Counted from the first letter of the stretch, positions 19,619 to 31,759 are shown. The stretch: DNA of 64,000 nucleotides from an uncultured Chloroflexia bacterium (GCA_963747325.1 CAVVEM010000004.1:1-64000); one strand, 5' to 3'. Translations and numbers: made by a program. The notes: generated by a model not told the origin, from the letters alone.

Positions 19619-21640
19619 TTATGCTTTTTGTTCCGGTTCCGGATCGGATGGTTTCACCGGATTGACAGGTTCGCTTTCGACTGGCTTCTCACTGACCATC
19701 TTTTCAGTAATATCTTTGCGGAGTTTGGCAACCAGCGGGTTAACGTTGCCTGCGGTGTTCTTGTCATCAATATCCATCTTATCGGAAAGCAGCAGAGCCA
19801 ACAGACCTTGCATGATGTTTGAACTCACGCCGCCTTCTTGACCATCGCCGCCGCCAGTAATAACGGTCCGTGGAACGACTGCCACCCCGGATTTTTCAAC
19901 GGCTTCTGAAAAGCGGGTAAGTACCTGTGAAGTTACCTGGTACTTTGCACCACCGTAGGCACGAACCTGTTCTTCGGTTGCAATAGCCTGGGCGATACCG
20001 GTACGGGCGATTCTTTCGGCATCTGCTTCGGCAAGGGTTTTAACCGTCGCCGCTTGCTGAATAGCATTTTGAAATGCCGCTTTTCCTTTATTGGATTGAA
20101 CCGTAATATCAATTTCAGATGCGGTCAGGGCAGATTGCTGTTCAGCTCTTGCCTGTGCTTCTTTAAGTTCACGTTCCTTGGTTGAAGCTATTTGCTGTTT
20201 GCTGTATGTTTCAACTTTTTCCTGCGCAATCTGACGATCCCGCAGCTGGTTCAGAATGGTTTCAATCTGTTTGTCATCGGCGATGGCAGATGGGGTGCCG
20301 ATGAGAACCTCTTCCATTTCCAGATTGTAATGTTCAAACTTGGCCTTCATTTCTGATCCTGCAAGATTCTGGATTTCACTTCTACCCTGGATAAGTTGAA
20401 TCAAAGTTCGGGTCTGCCCCACGTTCTTGAAGTAAGCGGCAACCATCGGATCTAGGGTCTGTTCGACCAGCTTTTTGACATCACCGAAGCGCTGCACAAC
20501 CAGGGGAGCTTTTTTATAATCAATGTGGATGACCACGGATAAAGGCAAGGAAGGCTCAAAAGCATCTTTGGTGATCAGCGATACTTCTGCCAAATTTTCA
20601 TCCAAATTATGTGAACCTTTTTCATTGTGGATCCACTTTAAAATGATGTTGGTAGTAGGAACGGAGACAACCTTACCTGCATAGGTATTGAAGGCATATT
20701 TGCCCGGCAGTAAAGGCTCTGCCCAGACACCGCGGCTATCCTTTGTGACCAGTTCACCATGTTTATAGTCAGCACCGGATGTATCCTCACCCTTTTTGCC
20801 CGTATAACTAACAACAACACCTACAAAACCGACTTCGATGATGGTTTTATTGATAAAATCCACGGTCGCGAACAGGCGGTTGATATAATACGTACCTTCG
20901 ACCAATACCTGCAATTGGCGACCGCGCATACCCTTTGCCAGCAAGAACTTATCCGGGTTTTGGAAGCTATTGTGGTATTTATCGGTTTCGCCGGGATCAT
21001 TTCCAACGATGGGTGCGATAATTTCATCCGTGGGCAGGGAAGCGCCATCATGGACGGTTACAATGCCAACCAAATCTTCATCGTCACGTATCACGATGGG
21101 GGAATAACCTTTACGGTCATTAATCACTGCACCCATGTTTGCGATGACACTTTTATCGTCACTGCTTAGGCTAAGGCTGTAAACCTTTTCTTCAGTAAAA
21201 ACAATAAATTGAACAAGATTGATGGCATAGGTACCTTCACGGAGGATCAAACGCTGTGGACCACGCTGCCCGCCATTCATCAAGAAATTCCTGACATCCT
21301 GAAAATTATTTGCCGTTAAATTGCAGGCTAACGTCTGATCTGCAGGCAAGTTAACGCCATCACGAGCGAACACATAGCCGATTTTTCCTTGGGAGATGGT
21401 TACCAGGGGAACGCGATGTACAACGTACATCACTGGAATCAGAAAATGCAGTCCGCCACGGAGCAAATCCGGTTGGAAGCCCGCCTCACCTTCAAGCGCG
21501 ATAAACCCTTTTTTTAACCGTTTTCCGCCGAATCGTTTTTCAACAATGCCAACACTATTATTGGGGATGAATTTTATGGATGCTAAAACAAACCAAACCG
21601 GGAAAATTACCCACCAAAACTTTAAAATATTAAATTATGA
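19619..21640 (-). CDS. flotillin/SPFH (band-7, YqiK-like) family protein; N-terminal TM helix out of frame (frameshift near 21615)
   Basis: SPFH domain plus a long coiled-coil/EA-rich C-terminus. In-frame upstream extension encodes the TM helix KFWWVIFPVWFVLASIKFI but is closed by TAA. An ATG (MSLII) lies one frame off, ~20 nt further upstream. Confidence 0.7.
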
Positions 21641-22330
21641 GACTCATTTTATTTTTTTTCCTTTCATAAAAAGTAAATGCTGTTTGCGCATCGAAGGGCA
21701 GGTATGATCGATCGATGCAAAAAGTTTGGAACATGCCTGGTATGGGAATTGGTAAAAATTTCAGATCGGAATCGCCATATCCCCCCATTTTTTTTATAAA
21801 AAAAATTCTTCACAGTTCCATAAAAATTTTGTTTATGAAGGGATATTTTTCACATTGATTCTCTCGATAACCAGCGCCATACTTCAAATTTTGATCCTGT
21901 CCATGCGATATTCAACGATTACTTATTATTATCTTTTCCTATTAAGTGGATACACTCAAACCTATTTCATCGACAGTTAATTTACGTTTTTTACGCACAA
22001 AGGTTTCCATTAGTTTATTCATTTCGTGAAGTTGAGAGCAGTAGGTTTGGTCATACGAAATGGTGCATTTCTTTGGATTGAATTATTTGACCGGGTGTCT
22101 TGTCGGATGGCGGATTGATACCACCCGTAGAATTTCATTTCCGAACACAATTCATTCCAAAAATGTTCTTGATACAAAGCAAAATTTCGTGTAAAGACAA
22201 TCAACTGCACCGGAAACAGGCCATTCACTTTTATGAATTTGGGTAACAAAAAACCGACATCAAGAGGCTGCCGGTTTAATCGATTGAAAATTATTGGATT
22301 GTCAATCCTATTCTTTAATCAAATCGCTTC

Positions 22331-22780
22331 TTAATGCATGTCCTGGCGCAGGGCTTCGATGCCATTACGAACTTGTCCCAATGATTTCGAAAGCTCATTT
22401 TCCAGCTTGATCAAAGTATCCAAAACATACGCATCTGCTTCGCGTTTGGTCTGTTCACATTCAAGGTTGGCTTGTTGAATGAGTTGATCGCTGCGAGCTT
22501 TTGCTGCTTCCACGATCGCATCACGATCAATAACCTGTTCACTTTTTTCTTTAGCCAAAAGCAGTGTTCGGTTGCCTTCTTCCTGCGCTTGTGCTAAGAT
22601 CCGATCCCTTTGAGCCAATAATTGTTGCGCTTTACGTATGGCCTCCGGGATGGAAACACGCATTTGATCGATGATATCCAGCATCCGGTCTTCATTCACA
22701 ACTACACTATGGGTAAAAGGAACTGAACGGCTTTCGTTAAATAGTTCCTCTAAACGATCGACTAGATGCAATATGTCCAT
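22331..22780 (-). CDS. coiled-coil protein, ATP-synthase-b/DivIVA-like; function unknown
   Basis: 149 aa, no TM, heptad-rich (AQQLLAQRDRILAQAQEEGNRTLLLAKEKSEQ...). Confidence 0.5.
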   Translation of the reverse strand: MDILHLVDRLEELFNESRSVPFTHSVVVNEDRMLDIIDQMRVSIPEAIRKAQQLLAQRDRILAQAQEEGNRTLLLAKEKSEQVIDRDAIVEAAKARSDQLIQQANLECEQTKREADAYVLDTLIKLENELSKSLGQVRNGIEALRQDMH

Positions 22781-22863
22781 TTATCCTCCCGCGGGTACCA
22801 ATTCATTCATTAATGCTTTTTAAACATATTACTATAAAATATACACTATTTTAACCAGGAACG

Positions 22864-23388
22864 CTAATCACGTAATGAAGTCATTGAATTATTTTTTAGA
22901 TTTTCATCCATGCCGGAATAGCGGCTCATTAATGCTTCGGCAACATAGGGAGGGACCATGGAGCTAATATTCCCATTCAAGGAAGCAATTTCTCGCACTG
23001 TGGTTGAGGAGAGAAACATATGGTCTTCACTGGTGATCAAGGGCACTGTTTCCACATCGGATGCAAGGCGATGATTTGCCAAGGCCATGCGAAATTCATG
23101 TTCGAAATCCGAAAATACACGCAGCCCCCGAACAATAACCTGGGCTTCGATTTTTCTGCAAAATTCAACCGTTAACCCGGAGTATCCCATAATTCTAATA
23201 TTTTTATTCTCAGCGAAGGCTTTTTGAACCAGTAGAATCCGTTCTTCAGGGTTGAACAGTGAGTTCTTTAATGTTTTATCATAAACGGCAATAATTAATT
23301 CATCAAACAAGCGGGATGCTCTTGTAGCGATATCGATATGTCCATAATGGATAGGATCAAAGGATCCTGGAAAAACTGCTCGTACCAT
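22864..23388 (-). CDS. coaD: phosphopantetheine adenylyltransferase
   Basis: MVRAVFPGSFDPIHYGHIDIATRA shows the T/HxGH nucleotidyltransferase motif; about 174 aa. Confidence 0.9.
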   Translation of the reverse strand: MVRAVFPGSFDPIHYGHIDIATRASRLFDELIIAVYDKTLKNSLFNPEERILLVQKAFAENKNIRIMGYSGLTVEFCRKIEAQVIVRGLRVFSDFEHEFRMALANHRLASDVETVPLITSEDHMFLSSTTVREIASLNGNISSMVPPYVAEALMSRYSGMDENLKNNSMTSLRD

Positions 23389-23389
23389 T

Positions 23390-25877
23390 AACTGATGTCT
23401 CCTCTTTCCATCCTGCCAAAAAATATGACAGATTTTGTTAAGTTCTTTATGCTGCGGCGATGTCAGGTCGGGATCCTGCTCAAATACTTTTTTGGCGAGA
23501 TTACGAGCCTTTTCAATGAGACGAACATCCGTGATGTCACCAAATTTCAAATCGGTAAAGCCGGATTGGCGGGTGCCAAGAAATGACCCCGGACCGCGTT
23601 GTTGTAAGTCTTTTTCTGCCAGGATAAAGCCGTCATTGGTTTCGGACATGGCTTTTAATCGTTCATTTTCCATGGCATCATCGGTTTCGGGGATCAGCAG
23701 ACAGAAGGATTGTTGATCTCCACGACCAACCCTGCCACGGAATTGATGCAGCTGGGCCAGCCCAAAGCGATTGGCACCTTCAACCAGCATCACCGTTGCA
23801 TTTGGCACGTCAACCCCTACTTCAACTACCGAAGTTGAAATCAGAATATCAATTTCTCCATGGTTAAAGGACTGCATTACTTCGTCTTTTTCGGAGGGTT
23901 TCATCCGACCGTGCAGGAGACCTAGATCGGAAATTGGAAAAAACCTCATGCTGCAGCTTCTCAAATTCATCCACAGCGGCTTTATTTTCCTGGGTATCAT
24001 CGTCGTGCTCTCCACGAGTGGATAGATGATAAAAGCCTGATTTACCTTCCCGGGCATGTTTGATAATAAATTGATGGCCGCGATTTCTTTCCAATTGGGG
24101 AGAGGATGAAGGTTTCAATGGGTTGACGTCCTGCCGGCATTTCATCCATTACAGAAAGATCAAGGTCACCATAAACCGTCAGTGCCAGGGAACGTGGAAT
24201 GGGTGTGGCTGTCATGACAAGCAAATGTGGGTTATGGCCTTTTTCGCGCAAAATTGCACGTTGCTGAACACCAAAGCGGTGTTGTTCGTCGACAACCACA
24301 AATTGGAGATTTTGGAATTTTACCGGATCTTCCAATAAAGCATGCGTTCCGATGAGGATTTTTATAGTGCCGTTTTCCAAATGCTCAGCCGATTTGCCGT
24401 TCTTTTTCAGGAGTGCTTCCTATCAGAAGGGCAACCTCTTCAGGTTCCAGCATACCATTGGGGTTTTCTTCGCTTTTAACCAAAAGCCGGGTGGATGCTA
24501 CGGTAATGTTGCTCTGCGAGGATACTGGTTGGAGCCATAACAGCTGACTGAACATTATGTATGGACAAAGATCATGGCAGAGCCAAAAAAGCCACAATCG
24601 TTTTACCGGATCCAACATCGCCTTGAATCAGGCGGTTCATTGGATGACCGCTCTTTAGATCATCGCTGAATATCCTGAAGGGCTTTTTCCTGGGCATTGG
24701 TTAGTTGGTATGGTAAAAATTCCGAAGCTTGCTCCAGCCATTCATCACGGTACAGAGTATGTTGCCGCTTCCTGCGCTTGCCAGTTTCTTTTTTGACTTA
24801 GTACACCCAATTGCATCAGGAAAATTTCATCAAAAGCCAGGCGATATTTTGCCACATGCAAGCGGTCCATGGAATCCGGAAAATGAATCTGTACCAGGGC
24901 TTCCTGTAGCGGATAAATCTCCGCTTCCTGACGAATTTGCTGTGGAAGGTGATCAAAGACTCGAGGTGCCCAATACATGACAGTCTGATGCATGACACGG
25001 CGAATCCATTTTTGGGTAATTTTTTCTGTCAGCGGATAAATCGGTACAATGCGATTGGTGTGTAAATGTTCCTGTTCAAGCAGTTCGCAATCCGGGTTGC
25101 TGATCATCAATCTGCCCAAGATACATATCCAATTTTCCGGAAATGACCAGTTGAGTACCCACAGGAAAATTTTTTTCAATCCAGGGTTGATTGAACCAGG
25201 TCAATCGTAGGAAACCGGTACCATCGGTAACAACTGCTTCGGTCAATTTCATCTGTCCACCGCGGATGGGTCGGGTGGTAATGGAATGGACCGCAGCAAT
25301 GACGGTGATTTCATCCTTGATATGCGAGTACGGTTGATTGTTTTTAATTCACTGTAATCATCATATCGACGGGGCATATAATAAAGTAAATCACCCAGAT
25401 GTATACAGCCCAATTTTCTTCAAAGACTGGAAATATTGGCTGCCAACACCTTGAATTACATCTAATGGGGCATTCAATCCCGGTATTGGGGTAACATTTG
25501 AGATGGAAACTGTTTGTTTGGGGACAGTTGGGTTTTCGGGTACCTTTCTTCTGGCTGGCTCACTAATGGTCGTGGAGACCGGCGCTGCGGCTGGGAGGGG
25601 CAACCGAATTATCTTTTTGGAGTTGAGTTCTGTTGGGATAAATCTGCCAATAGGTCATTTAGTAATGTTCTCCCTGTCTGCAGCATCAAATGAAGCGTAT
25701 TCAATAAGCTTTTTTCGGACACTGGATAATAAAATCCTCACTCAAGGTTTCTGAATGAGCTTCTTTTTCCCAAGAAGGAAGAATTTTATCCAACCCTCCG
25801 ACAACGGCTCGGTTGTCATATTTACGTTCAATTTCAAGTTTAAAAAACTTTTTTAATTTTTCAATGGAAGATGACAT
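23390..25877 (-). pseudogene. recG: ATP-dependent DNA helicase RecG, split into at least 6 frame-shifted pieces (probably assembly indels)
   Basis: N-terminus MSSSIEKLKKFFKLEIERKYDNRAVVGG starts at 25877. Pieces include the wedge domain, DEQHRFGV, MTATPIPRSLA, QLHQFRGRVGRG and GFILAEKDLQQRGPGSFLGTRQSG. A TAA that would end the gene lies one frame off, overlapping the coaD ATG as TAATG. Confidence 0.8.
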
Positions 25878-25950
25878 AGCATAATTTTACCGCATTCTTC
25901 AAAAGAGCGATAATTTCCTCTTGGTAGATTTTTAATTCTACTTTTCCAAA

Positions 25951-26804
25951 TCAATGATCTGATTCGACGACGATTAACCCCATACTATTTGGCCCCAGTA
26001 ACGTTGCTAATGGCAGGTTAATGGCATGTTCTGTAAAGGGCGTTTGGGAATAGACTTCCTGAACAAATTCTCGTAGCATGCGTGCTTCCTGTGTGATTGG
26101 GTGGTGAACTTTGTACAAGGGCGATATGTTGGAGATCAATAAATTCTTCAATAAATTCTTGAAAATAGAGTGCACTTTGTCGATGCGATTTTACTTTTTC
26201 AAGGGGCGTGAGGACACCGTCTTCCAGGGAAAAGAGTGGGTATAATTCCAACATTTCCGTGATGGTGGCTTGGGTGAAATCAACAAATCCATTGGACTCT
26301 AGATAGGACAGTCCAGGCACACTGAGTACAGTGTACGTATGTTTGACCAAATTCCGCGCCATACGATCCACTTCCCCATGAACTGGCTCCATTATGAATC
26401 GCTTCGGCTATGGATTGAACCAAAATGCCCAAGCCGACGGATGTGGTTTGGGAGTCAATTAATTGAATATTGATACTGTTTCGTAAGGAATCAGCGGCTA
26501 TTTTTGCGTTTCGAAAACAATCACTGATGTGGGAGGAAATAAATACGCCTAAAATCTCATTGTAATTTTTTCCCAGATTGCCAAATATTGTATGAAAATC
26601 CTGGACTGTAGGGGGTAGCAAATGAGGTTTGAAGACCTCATTTGCTGTTAAGGGTAAAGCATTCGTTTTTGGTAAATTGCCATTATTATGGATCGCCCCG
26701 TTGATCGAAATTCCAAGATCAATTACATTAATAATTTCCATCCCTGGAAAGCATGGGCGAGGAAATTGAGCGGAATTGTCTGTCAGGATGCAAATTGAAC
26801 TCAT
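25951..26804 (-). CDS. DegV family fatty-acid-binding protein, 2 frameshifts
   Basis: Three overlapping ORFs (26280-26804, 26018-26392, 25951-26175) cover one DegV sequence from MSSICILTDNSAQFP onward. Confidence 0.7.
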
Positions 26805-26811
26805 AGGTTTA

Positions 26812-28506
26812 CTATTCTATCGCGATGATGAATTGATAATGGGGTTGACCACCTTCATGTAGTTCAATTTCATGAGAAGGGTATTGAAGGCGAATTTCGA
26901 TCAACAATTTTATTTACTTCGTTCTTGGTAATATTATTTCCATAGAACAGGGTAATTCGTTCGCGATCATTTGTCTCTGCAATTTCCAACAACTTCCAGA
27001 CAAGCATCCAACAAGGATTTACTGGAGTTTACCAGCTTACCATTGAGCAATGCGATGCACTTCGCCTTTATGAACCTGGACGCCATTAATGTCCACTGAG
27101 CGGGTGGCAATTGTGATTTCACCGGTTTCCACTTCGTCAAGGGATTCCTGCATTTCTTCCACAATCTTGTCAAAATCTCCATCCGGGATGAGTCGCAGCA
27201 TGGCATTCAGCCCCTGGGGAATGTTGGTGGTGGGAATCACTGCTACTTTTTTGACCGTGATCTTTGCGGCAGCTTGCGCAGCCATCAGGATATTTTTATT
27301 GTTAGGCAGAATAATAATCTTATCCGTGGGCAGATTTTCAAATGCACTGAGAATGTCTTTGGTGCTGGGGTTCATCGTCTGACCACCTTCGGTGATCGCA
27401 GCGACACCCAGACTGGCAAAAATACGTGAGATCCCAGGACCGGGCGAGATGGCAACTACCGCAATTTCACCTGGTTCGATGGCAGCCAGGTGCAGTTTCT
27501 TTTGCCCTGTGCTGGTTTTTTTCTCATCTTCCATTTGAGCTATCAGATTTTCGATATAAACTTTTTGAACAACGCCCTGATCCATGGTGCAATCGATGGG
27601 TTTATATCGATTTTCCAGCGGAACATGGATATGCATGCGATACATGCCGTCGCCTTCACCAACCTGAATGGAAGTACCAATCTCGGTCAGGAGGGTGTAG
27701 TAATTTTCCAAATTGAAGGATTGATCGGGTCTAAAATCAATCACTACTTCATAATCCTGTCCGGGTTCTATGGTTTCCATGGCATCATCCAAATTCATAG
27801 CGGATAGAGGTTGAACGGTAAATTCTGCTGTTTCCAGCGATTGATTATTGATATATCGAAGCATCCCTTCCAAAATAAAGAAAAGACCCTTTCCGCCTGA
27901 ATCAACCACGCCGGCTTTCTTGAGGATTGGTAATAATTCAGGTGTGTTCTTCACTGAAACATCTGCTGCCTCGACAGCAATCGAAAGGAGTTCAGCCAGT
28001 GTCGTTACAGTCGGCGCCATTTCAGTAACCTTGATGGCGATATCTTTGGCCACTGTCAGGATGGTTCCCTCGACAGGTCTTACAACCCCTTTGTAGGCAG
28101 TCTTGCTGGCTTCTTCGAAGGCTTTGGCTAATAAGGAAACATTCATTGTATCCAGGTTATCCAGCGCTCTGGCAAAACCTCTCCATAACTGGGAAAGAAT
28201 TACCCCGGAATTGCCTCTAGCGCCGATTAAAGCACCCTGAGCTACGCCGTGTGCAATCTTACCGATATTATTTTCACCCGAAGCGGCGATTTCATCATAT
28301 GCCGCTTGCATTGTAAGGAGCATATTAGTTCCGGTATCCCCATCAGGAACAGGAAAGACATTTAAAGCATTCACATTCGCATGATTTGTTTTTAACCATG
28401 TCATACCGGCAACAACAAGTTCTTTAAATCTCTGCCCATTAATTTGCGTTGGGCCAGTTTCACTCTTGTTTAGATGGGGGTCTTGATTTTTCACATCACT
28501 AGACAT
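26812..28506 (-). CDS. yloV: DAK2-domain fusion protein YloV (DhaL-like), C-terminal region frameshifted twice
   Basis: ALNVFPVPDGDTGTNM and GARGNSGVILSQL match Dak2; the C-terminal ...GGQPHYQFIIAIE is found in shifted frames around 27060 and 26960. GGAG RBS upstream of ATG 28506. Confidence 0.75.
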
Positions 28507-28582
28507 AATGCTCCTACTTCCTGATTTGGTAATTAAAACCAAAAATGTAAAATAATAAATTATTTAAAACAAATTAATAAAA

Positions 28583-28939
28583 TCAATCAGGATCACTGAT
28601 CCGTAAACCTCGTACATTAACATTGACTTGAGCCACCGGGATGCCAAGAATTTTTTCAACCTGATACCGGATTTGGTCAGCAATGCTTTCCGCCACCGTA
28701 GTAATCCGGGTGCCGTATTCAACAATGATGTACAAATTAATTTTAATTTCCTGCCCATTGTATTGAACATCAACGCCAAGGGAAGGGTCTTTCACTAGAA
28801 CTTGAGCTAATCCTTCAGCCAAATTTTTTGCTGCTAATCCAACTACTCCATAGGATTCCAATGCGGAATGATATGCAATGGAAGCAATGGCACGGTGGGA
28901 GACAGATATCTTTCCCAGTAAATTTGATCCTTCGTTCAT
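28583..28939 (-). CDS. Asp23/Gls24 family envelope stress protein
   Basis: GKISVSHRAIASIAYHSALESYGVVGL is typical of Asp23; it forms the conserved Asp23–YloV pair. Confidence 0.8.
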   Translation of the reverse strand: MNEGSNLLGKISVSHRAIASIAYHSALESYGVVGLAAKNLAEGLAQVLVKDPSLGVDVQYNGQEIKINLYIIVEYGTRITTVAESIADQIRYQVEKILGIPVAQVNVNVRGLRISDPD

Positions 28940-29056
28940 ATTTATTAACCCTTTTTTCTCATGAGCTGTCTTGAGTTTCACATAAGTATATGGTAGAATT
29001 TGCTCGATACGCTAACTATCTCTGGTAGTAATTATATTACGGAAAGGAAAAATGTG

Positions 29057-29239
29057 ATGGCTAAGTGCGAAGCATGTGGCAAAGGTACTACATTTGGTCA
29101 TAATCGGAGCTTCTCCCAACGGGCGACGAATCGAGCCTTCAAACCAAATTTGCAAAAAATTTCTGTTTTTGAGAATGGTAAGAAGGTAAGAAAAGTTTTA
29201 TGTGCAAAATGCATTCGAACGATGGTGAAAGGTTCATAG
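29057..29239 (+). CDS. rpmB: 50S ribosomal protein L28
   Basis: MAKCEACGKGTTFGHNRSFSQRATNRAFKPNLQK; divergent from the Asp23-YloV pair, which is the usual arrangement. Confidence 0.9.
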   Translation: MAKCEACGKGTTFGHNRSFSQRATNRAFKPNLQKISVFENGKKVRKVLCAKCIRTMVKGS

Positions 29240-29263
29240 CGATTATCCTCTTTAGATCCTTTG

Positions 29264-29965
29264 TTAATCAGAAATTGCGACTTTGATGTCGCGATTTTTG
29301 TTTAACCCCATAACCTTACGAAGATCCTGTATACCTTCCTTAATACCCTGGGGATGACCAAAAATTGCCGTTGCTGCAACAAAGACATTTGCGCCGGCTT
29401 GCAGCGCCTCAGGCAGTGTTTGGGAATTGATCCCACCATCCACCTGAAGATCAATCGCAGGATTGGCATCCTCGATCATTTTGCGAAGCATTTTTACCTT
29501 TGGAAGCATTTCAGGCATGAAAGTTTGCCCGGAAAAACCAGGGTTTACTGTCATTACCAAAAGAAGATCAACAAAAGGCAAGACGCTCTCTACCGCGGAA
29601 GCGGGAGTGCTGGGATTTAAAACAACACCGGTACGAACACCTGCGTCGCGGATGACCTGAAGAGTTCTGACCAGATTGGGATTATTTTCAATATGAAGGC
29701 TCAGTCTGGATGCGCCCGCTTCCATGAAAGATTCCACATGATTTTCGGGATTTTGGATCATCAAGTGCACGTCCAGTGGCAAAGTGGTCAAACGACGGCA
29801 AGTCTGAACAATAAATGGCCCCATAGAGATATTGGGTACAAAAAGACCATCCATGACATCGATATGCAACCAATCACATCCGGCTGTTTCCGTTTGGGCG
29901 ATTTGATCAGCTAGCTGGGCAAAATCCGCGGATAAAATAGAAGCGGAAATTTTAGTTGGATTCAT
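29264..29965 (-). CDS. rpe: ribulose-phosphate 3-epimerase
   Basis: KISASILSADFAQLADQI...HIDVMDGLFVPNIS...VDGGIN. Confidence 0.9.
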   Translation of the reverse strand: MNPTKISASILSADFAQLADQIAQTETAGCDWLHIDVMDGLFVPNISMGPFIVQTCRRLTTLPLDVHLMIQNPENHVESFMEAGASRLSLHIENNPNLVRTLQVIRDAGVRTGVVLNPSTPASAVESVLPFVDLLLVMTVNPGFSGQTFMPEMLPKVKMLRKMIEDANPAIDLQVDGGINSQTLPEALQAGANVFVAATAIFGHPQGIKEGIQDLRKVMGLNKNRDIKVAISD

Positions 29966-29987
29966 GATATGGTTCCTGTAATAGTAG

Positions 29988-31166
29988 TTAGAATATAGTT
30001 TTAATCCGCAGCCAGACAAATAACCAAAATGGTATTAACCCACCCGTAAGCAGGAAAGCAAACAAACCCAACAGGATGGTCAGCCAATCAATAGGCTGGG
30101 CAGATTGTTCTTCGCTTTCTGCTAATGATAACCCTCCCATGGGTAAATCGATCCTATGTTTAGCATCCAATCGCGAATTTCTTGGTACAGGTGACCACTT
30201 TTCGGCTTGCGGAAGTACAGGTGGCGCACTATTTATTTCGGGTTTTGGAACAGGGTAGGAAGGTGGGGTGGGGAGTGTGGAAGGTGCAGCTCCTGAAATT
30301 GTTTTTAAACCAGTAGCAGCAGCCGTTTCCTTTTCGAGCAGGGCGGATAAAATTCTCGCAAGCTGATCAGCTGTGCGATAGCGAGCGGAAGGTTCTTTAG
30401 ATAATACTTTTAAAACGATTTGGTCCAATTCATTGGGAATCGCAGCATTATAGGATTTGGGATGTGGCGGTATGTCTTCGCGATGCATGCGGGCAAGTTC
30501 CGAAGAATCGGAACTGACAAATGGCAGTTTCCCTGTAAGCAGTTCAAACAAGATAACGCCTAGAGCGTAAACATCCGAAGCCATTGTGGGAGAATAACCG
30601 GCTGCTTGTTCAGGAGAGAAGTATTGCGGGGATCCCCAAACGACCTGATGGCGCTCATCGGGTGAGATGGTGGAGAGGGCGCGAGCAATACCAAAATCCG
30701 TGATTTTAACGCGTCCCGCTTCAGTGACGAGAATATTTTGAGGTTTCAGATCGCAATGAATAATACCGGCTCTATGCGCGTAGCCAATACTGGAGGCGGA
30801 TTGAATGATATAAGGAAGCGCTTGAAGGATGGGCATCGGACTTTGCTGCTTGATGATTGTTTTTAAGGTCGTACCGTGGACATATTCCATAACCATAAAC
30901 AAACGATCCTGGTCAATACCAAAATCATAGACGGTTACGATATTTTTATGGGAGAGGTTGGCTGCGGATTTTGCCTCAGTTCTGAATTGTTCTACAAAAT
31001 TGTAATCTTTGGATAATTCAAGTTTGAGAATTTTTATGGCTACCGTACGTTCGAGTAATGTATCAAAGCCTTTATAAACAATAGCCATTCCTCCAGCGCC
31101 AATTGCCTGCTGGAGTTGATAGCGATTATTCAGCCAAATTGTTGAATCTTGCATCGTTTGCGCCAT
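29988..31166 (-). CDS. Hanks-type Ser/Thr protein kinase with C-terminal TM anchor
   Basis: GAGGMAIVYKG, VAIK, HRAGIIHCDLKPQNIL, DFG and a Pro-rich linker, then the TM helix LLGLFAFLLTGGLIPFWLFVWL. Confidence 0.85.
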   Translation of the reverse strand: MAQTMQDSTIWLNNRYQLQQAIGAGGMAIVYKGFDTLLERTVAIKILKLELSKDYNFVEQFRTEAKSAANLSHKNIVTVYDFGIDQDRLFMVMEYVHGTTLKTIIKQQSPMPILQALPYIIQSASSIGYAHRAGIIHCDLKPQNILVTEAGRVKITDFGIARALSTISPDERHQVVWGSPQYFSPEQAAGYSPTMASDVYALGVILFELLTGKLPFVSSDSSELARMHREDIPPHPKSYNAAIPNELDQIVLKVLSKEPSARYRTADQLARILSALLEKETAAATGLKTISGAAPSTLPTPPSYPVPKPEINSAPPVLPQAEKWSPVPRNSRLDAKHRIDLPMGGLSLAESEEQSAQPIDWLTILLGLFAFLLTGGLIPFWLFVWLRIKTIF

Positions 31167-31277
31167 AAGTTGGTATGATTATAACATACGGAATTCTTCA
31201 AGCTGAATATAAAAATGATCTTTGTTTTCCATTATAATTAGAATGATATTTTAAATTAGGACAACTGTGAACTTAAT

Positions 31278-31736
31278 ATGCAACACCATGGAAATCATCG
31301 GAATGTTATTATTGGCAGCATTTTAATATCGATCGTCATATGTCTAGGTTTGGGCATTACGCTTACTTTACTCAGCTCCGCAACCAGGGGAAATGAGAAT
31401 GAAAAGCCTGCCAAACTTGGTATTGTGCCATATATTGCGCCAACGAGCACAGTATCAATGACGGCAACATCGATTCTGCCAACGCCAGAAATCATCGATG
31501 GAATTCAGGTTGGATCCGTAGTTCAAATATTTGGAACAGAAGGGGTGGGTTTAAAACTTCGACGGAGCGCAGGCATTCTTGCGGAGCAAATCTCCGTTGC
31601 ATTGGATTCCGAGGTTTATGAAGTAACCGACGGTCCAATTGTTGCTGATGATTATATTTGGTGGCAATTGACCTCCCCATATGATACCCAGCGAAGCGGT
31701 TGGGCTGTTTCCCAGTATTTAACACCCATTCAATAA
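31278..31736 (+). CDS. membrane-anchored bacterial SH3 (SH3b)-like domain protein
   Basis: N-terminal TM helix IIGSILISIVICLGLGITLTLL; the C-terminal VQIFGTEGVGLKLRRSAG...WWQL...GWAVSQYL follows the SH3_3 pattern. Confidence 0.55.
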   Translation: MQHHGNHRNVIIGSILISIVICLGLGITLTLLSSATRGNENEKPAKLGIVPYIAPTSTVSMTATSILPTPEIIDGIQVGSVVQIFGTEGVGLKLRRSAGILAEQISVALDSEVYEVTDGPIVADDYIWWQLTSPYDTQRSGWAVSQYLTPIQ

Positions 31737-31759
31737 CAGCCTCATAACAGAAGGTACTT

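Noticed and set aside
17009-25877. Interpreting lon and recG as genuine pseudogenes, or as programmed frameshifting
   Set aside because: The fragments keep every catalytic motif with no stops or missense decay. The breaks coincide with homopolymers, and similar single breaks occur in essential glycolytic genes (pfk, fba). Sequencing or assembly error is the more economical explanation. The point is kept as a finding because it affects every other annotation.
26967-27206. 79-aa ORF downstream of yloV
   Set aside because: Its C-terminal half (IALLNGKLVNSSKSLLDACLEVVGNCRDK) is the frame-shifted continuation of the YloV C-terminus, not an independent gene.
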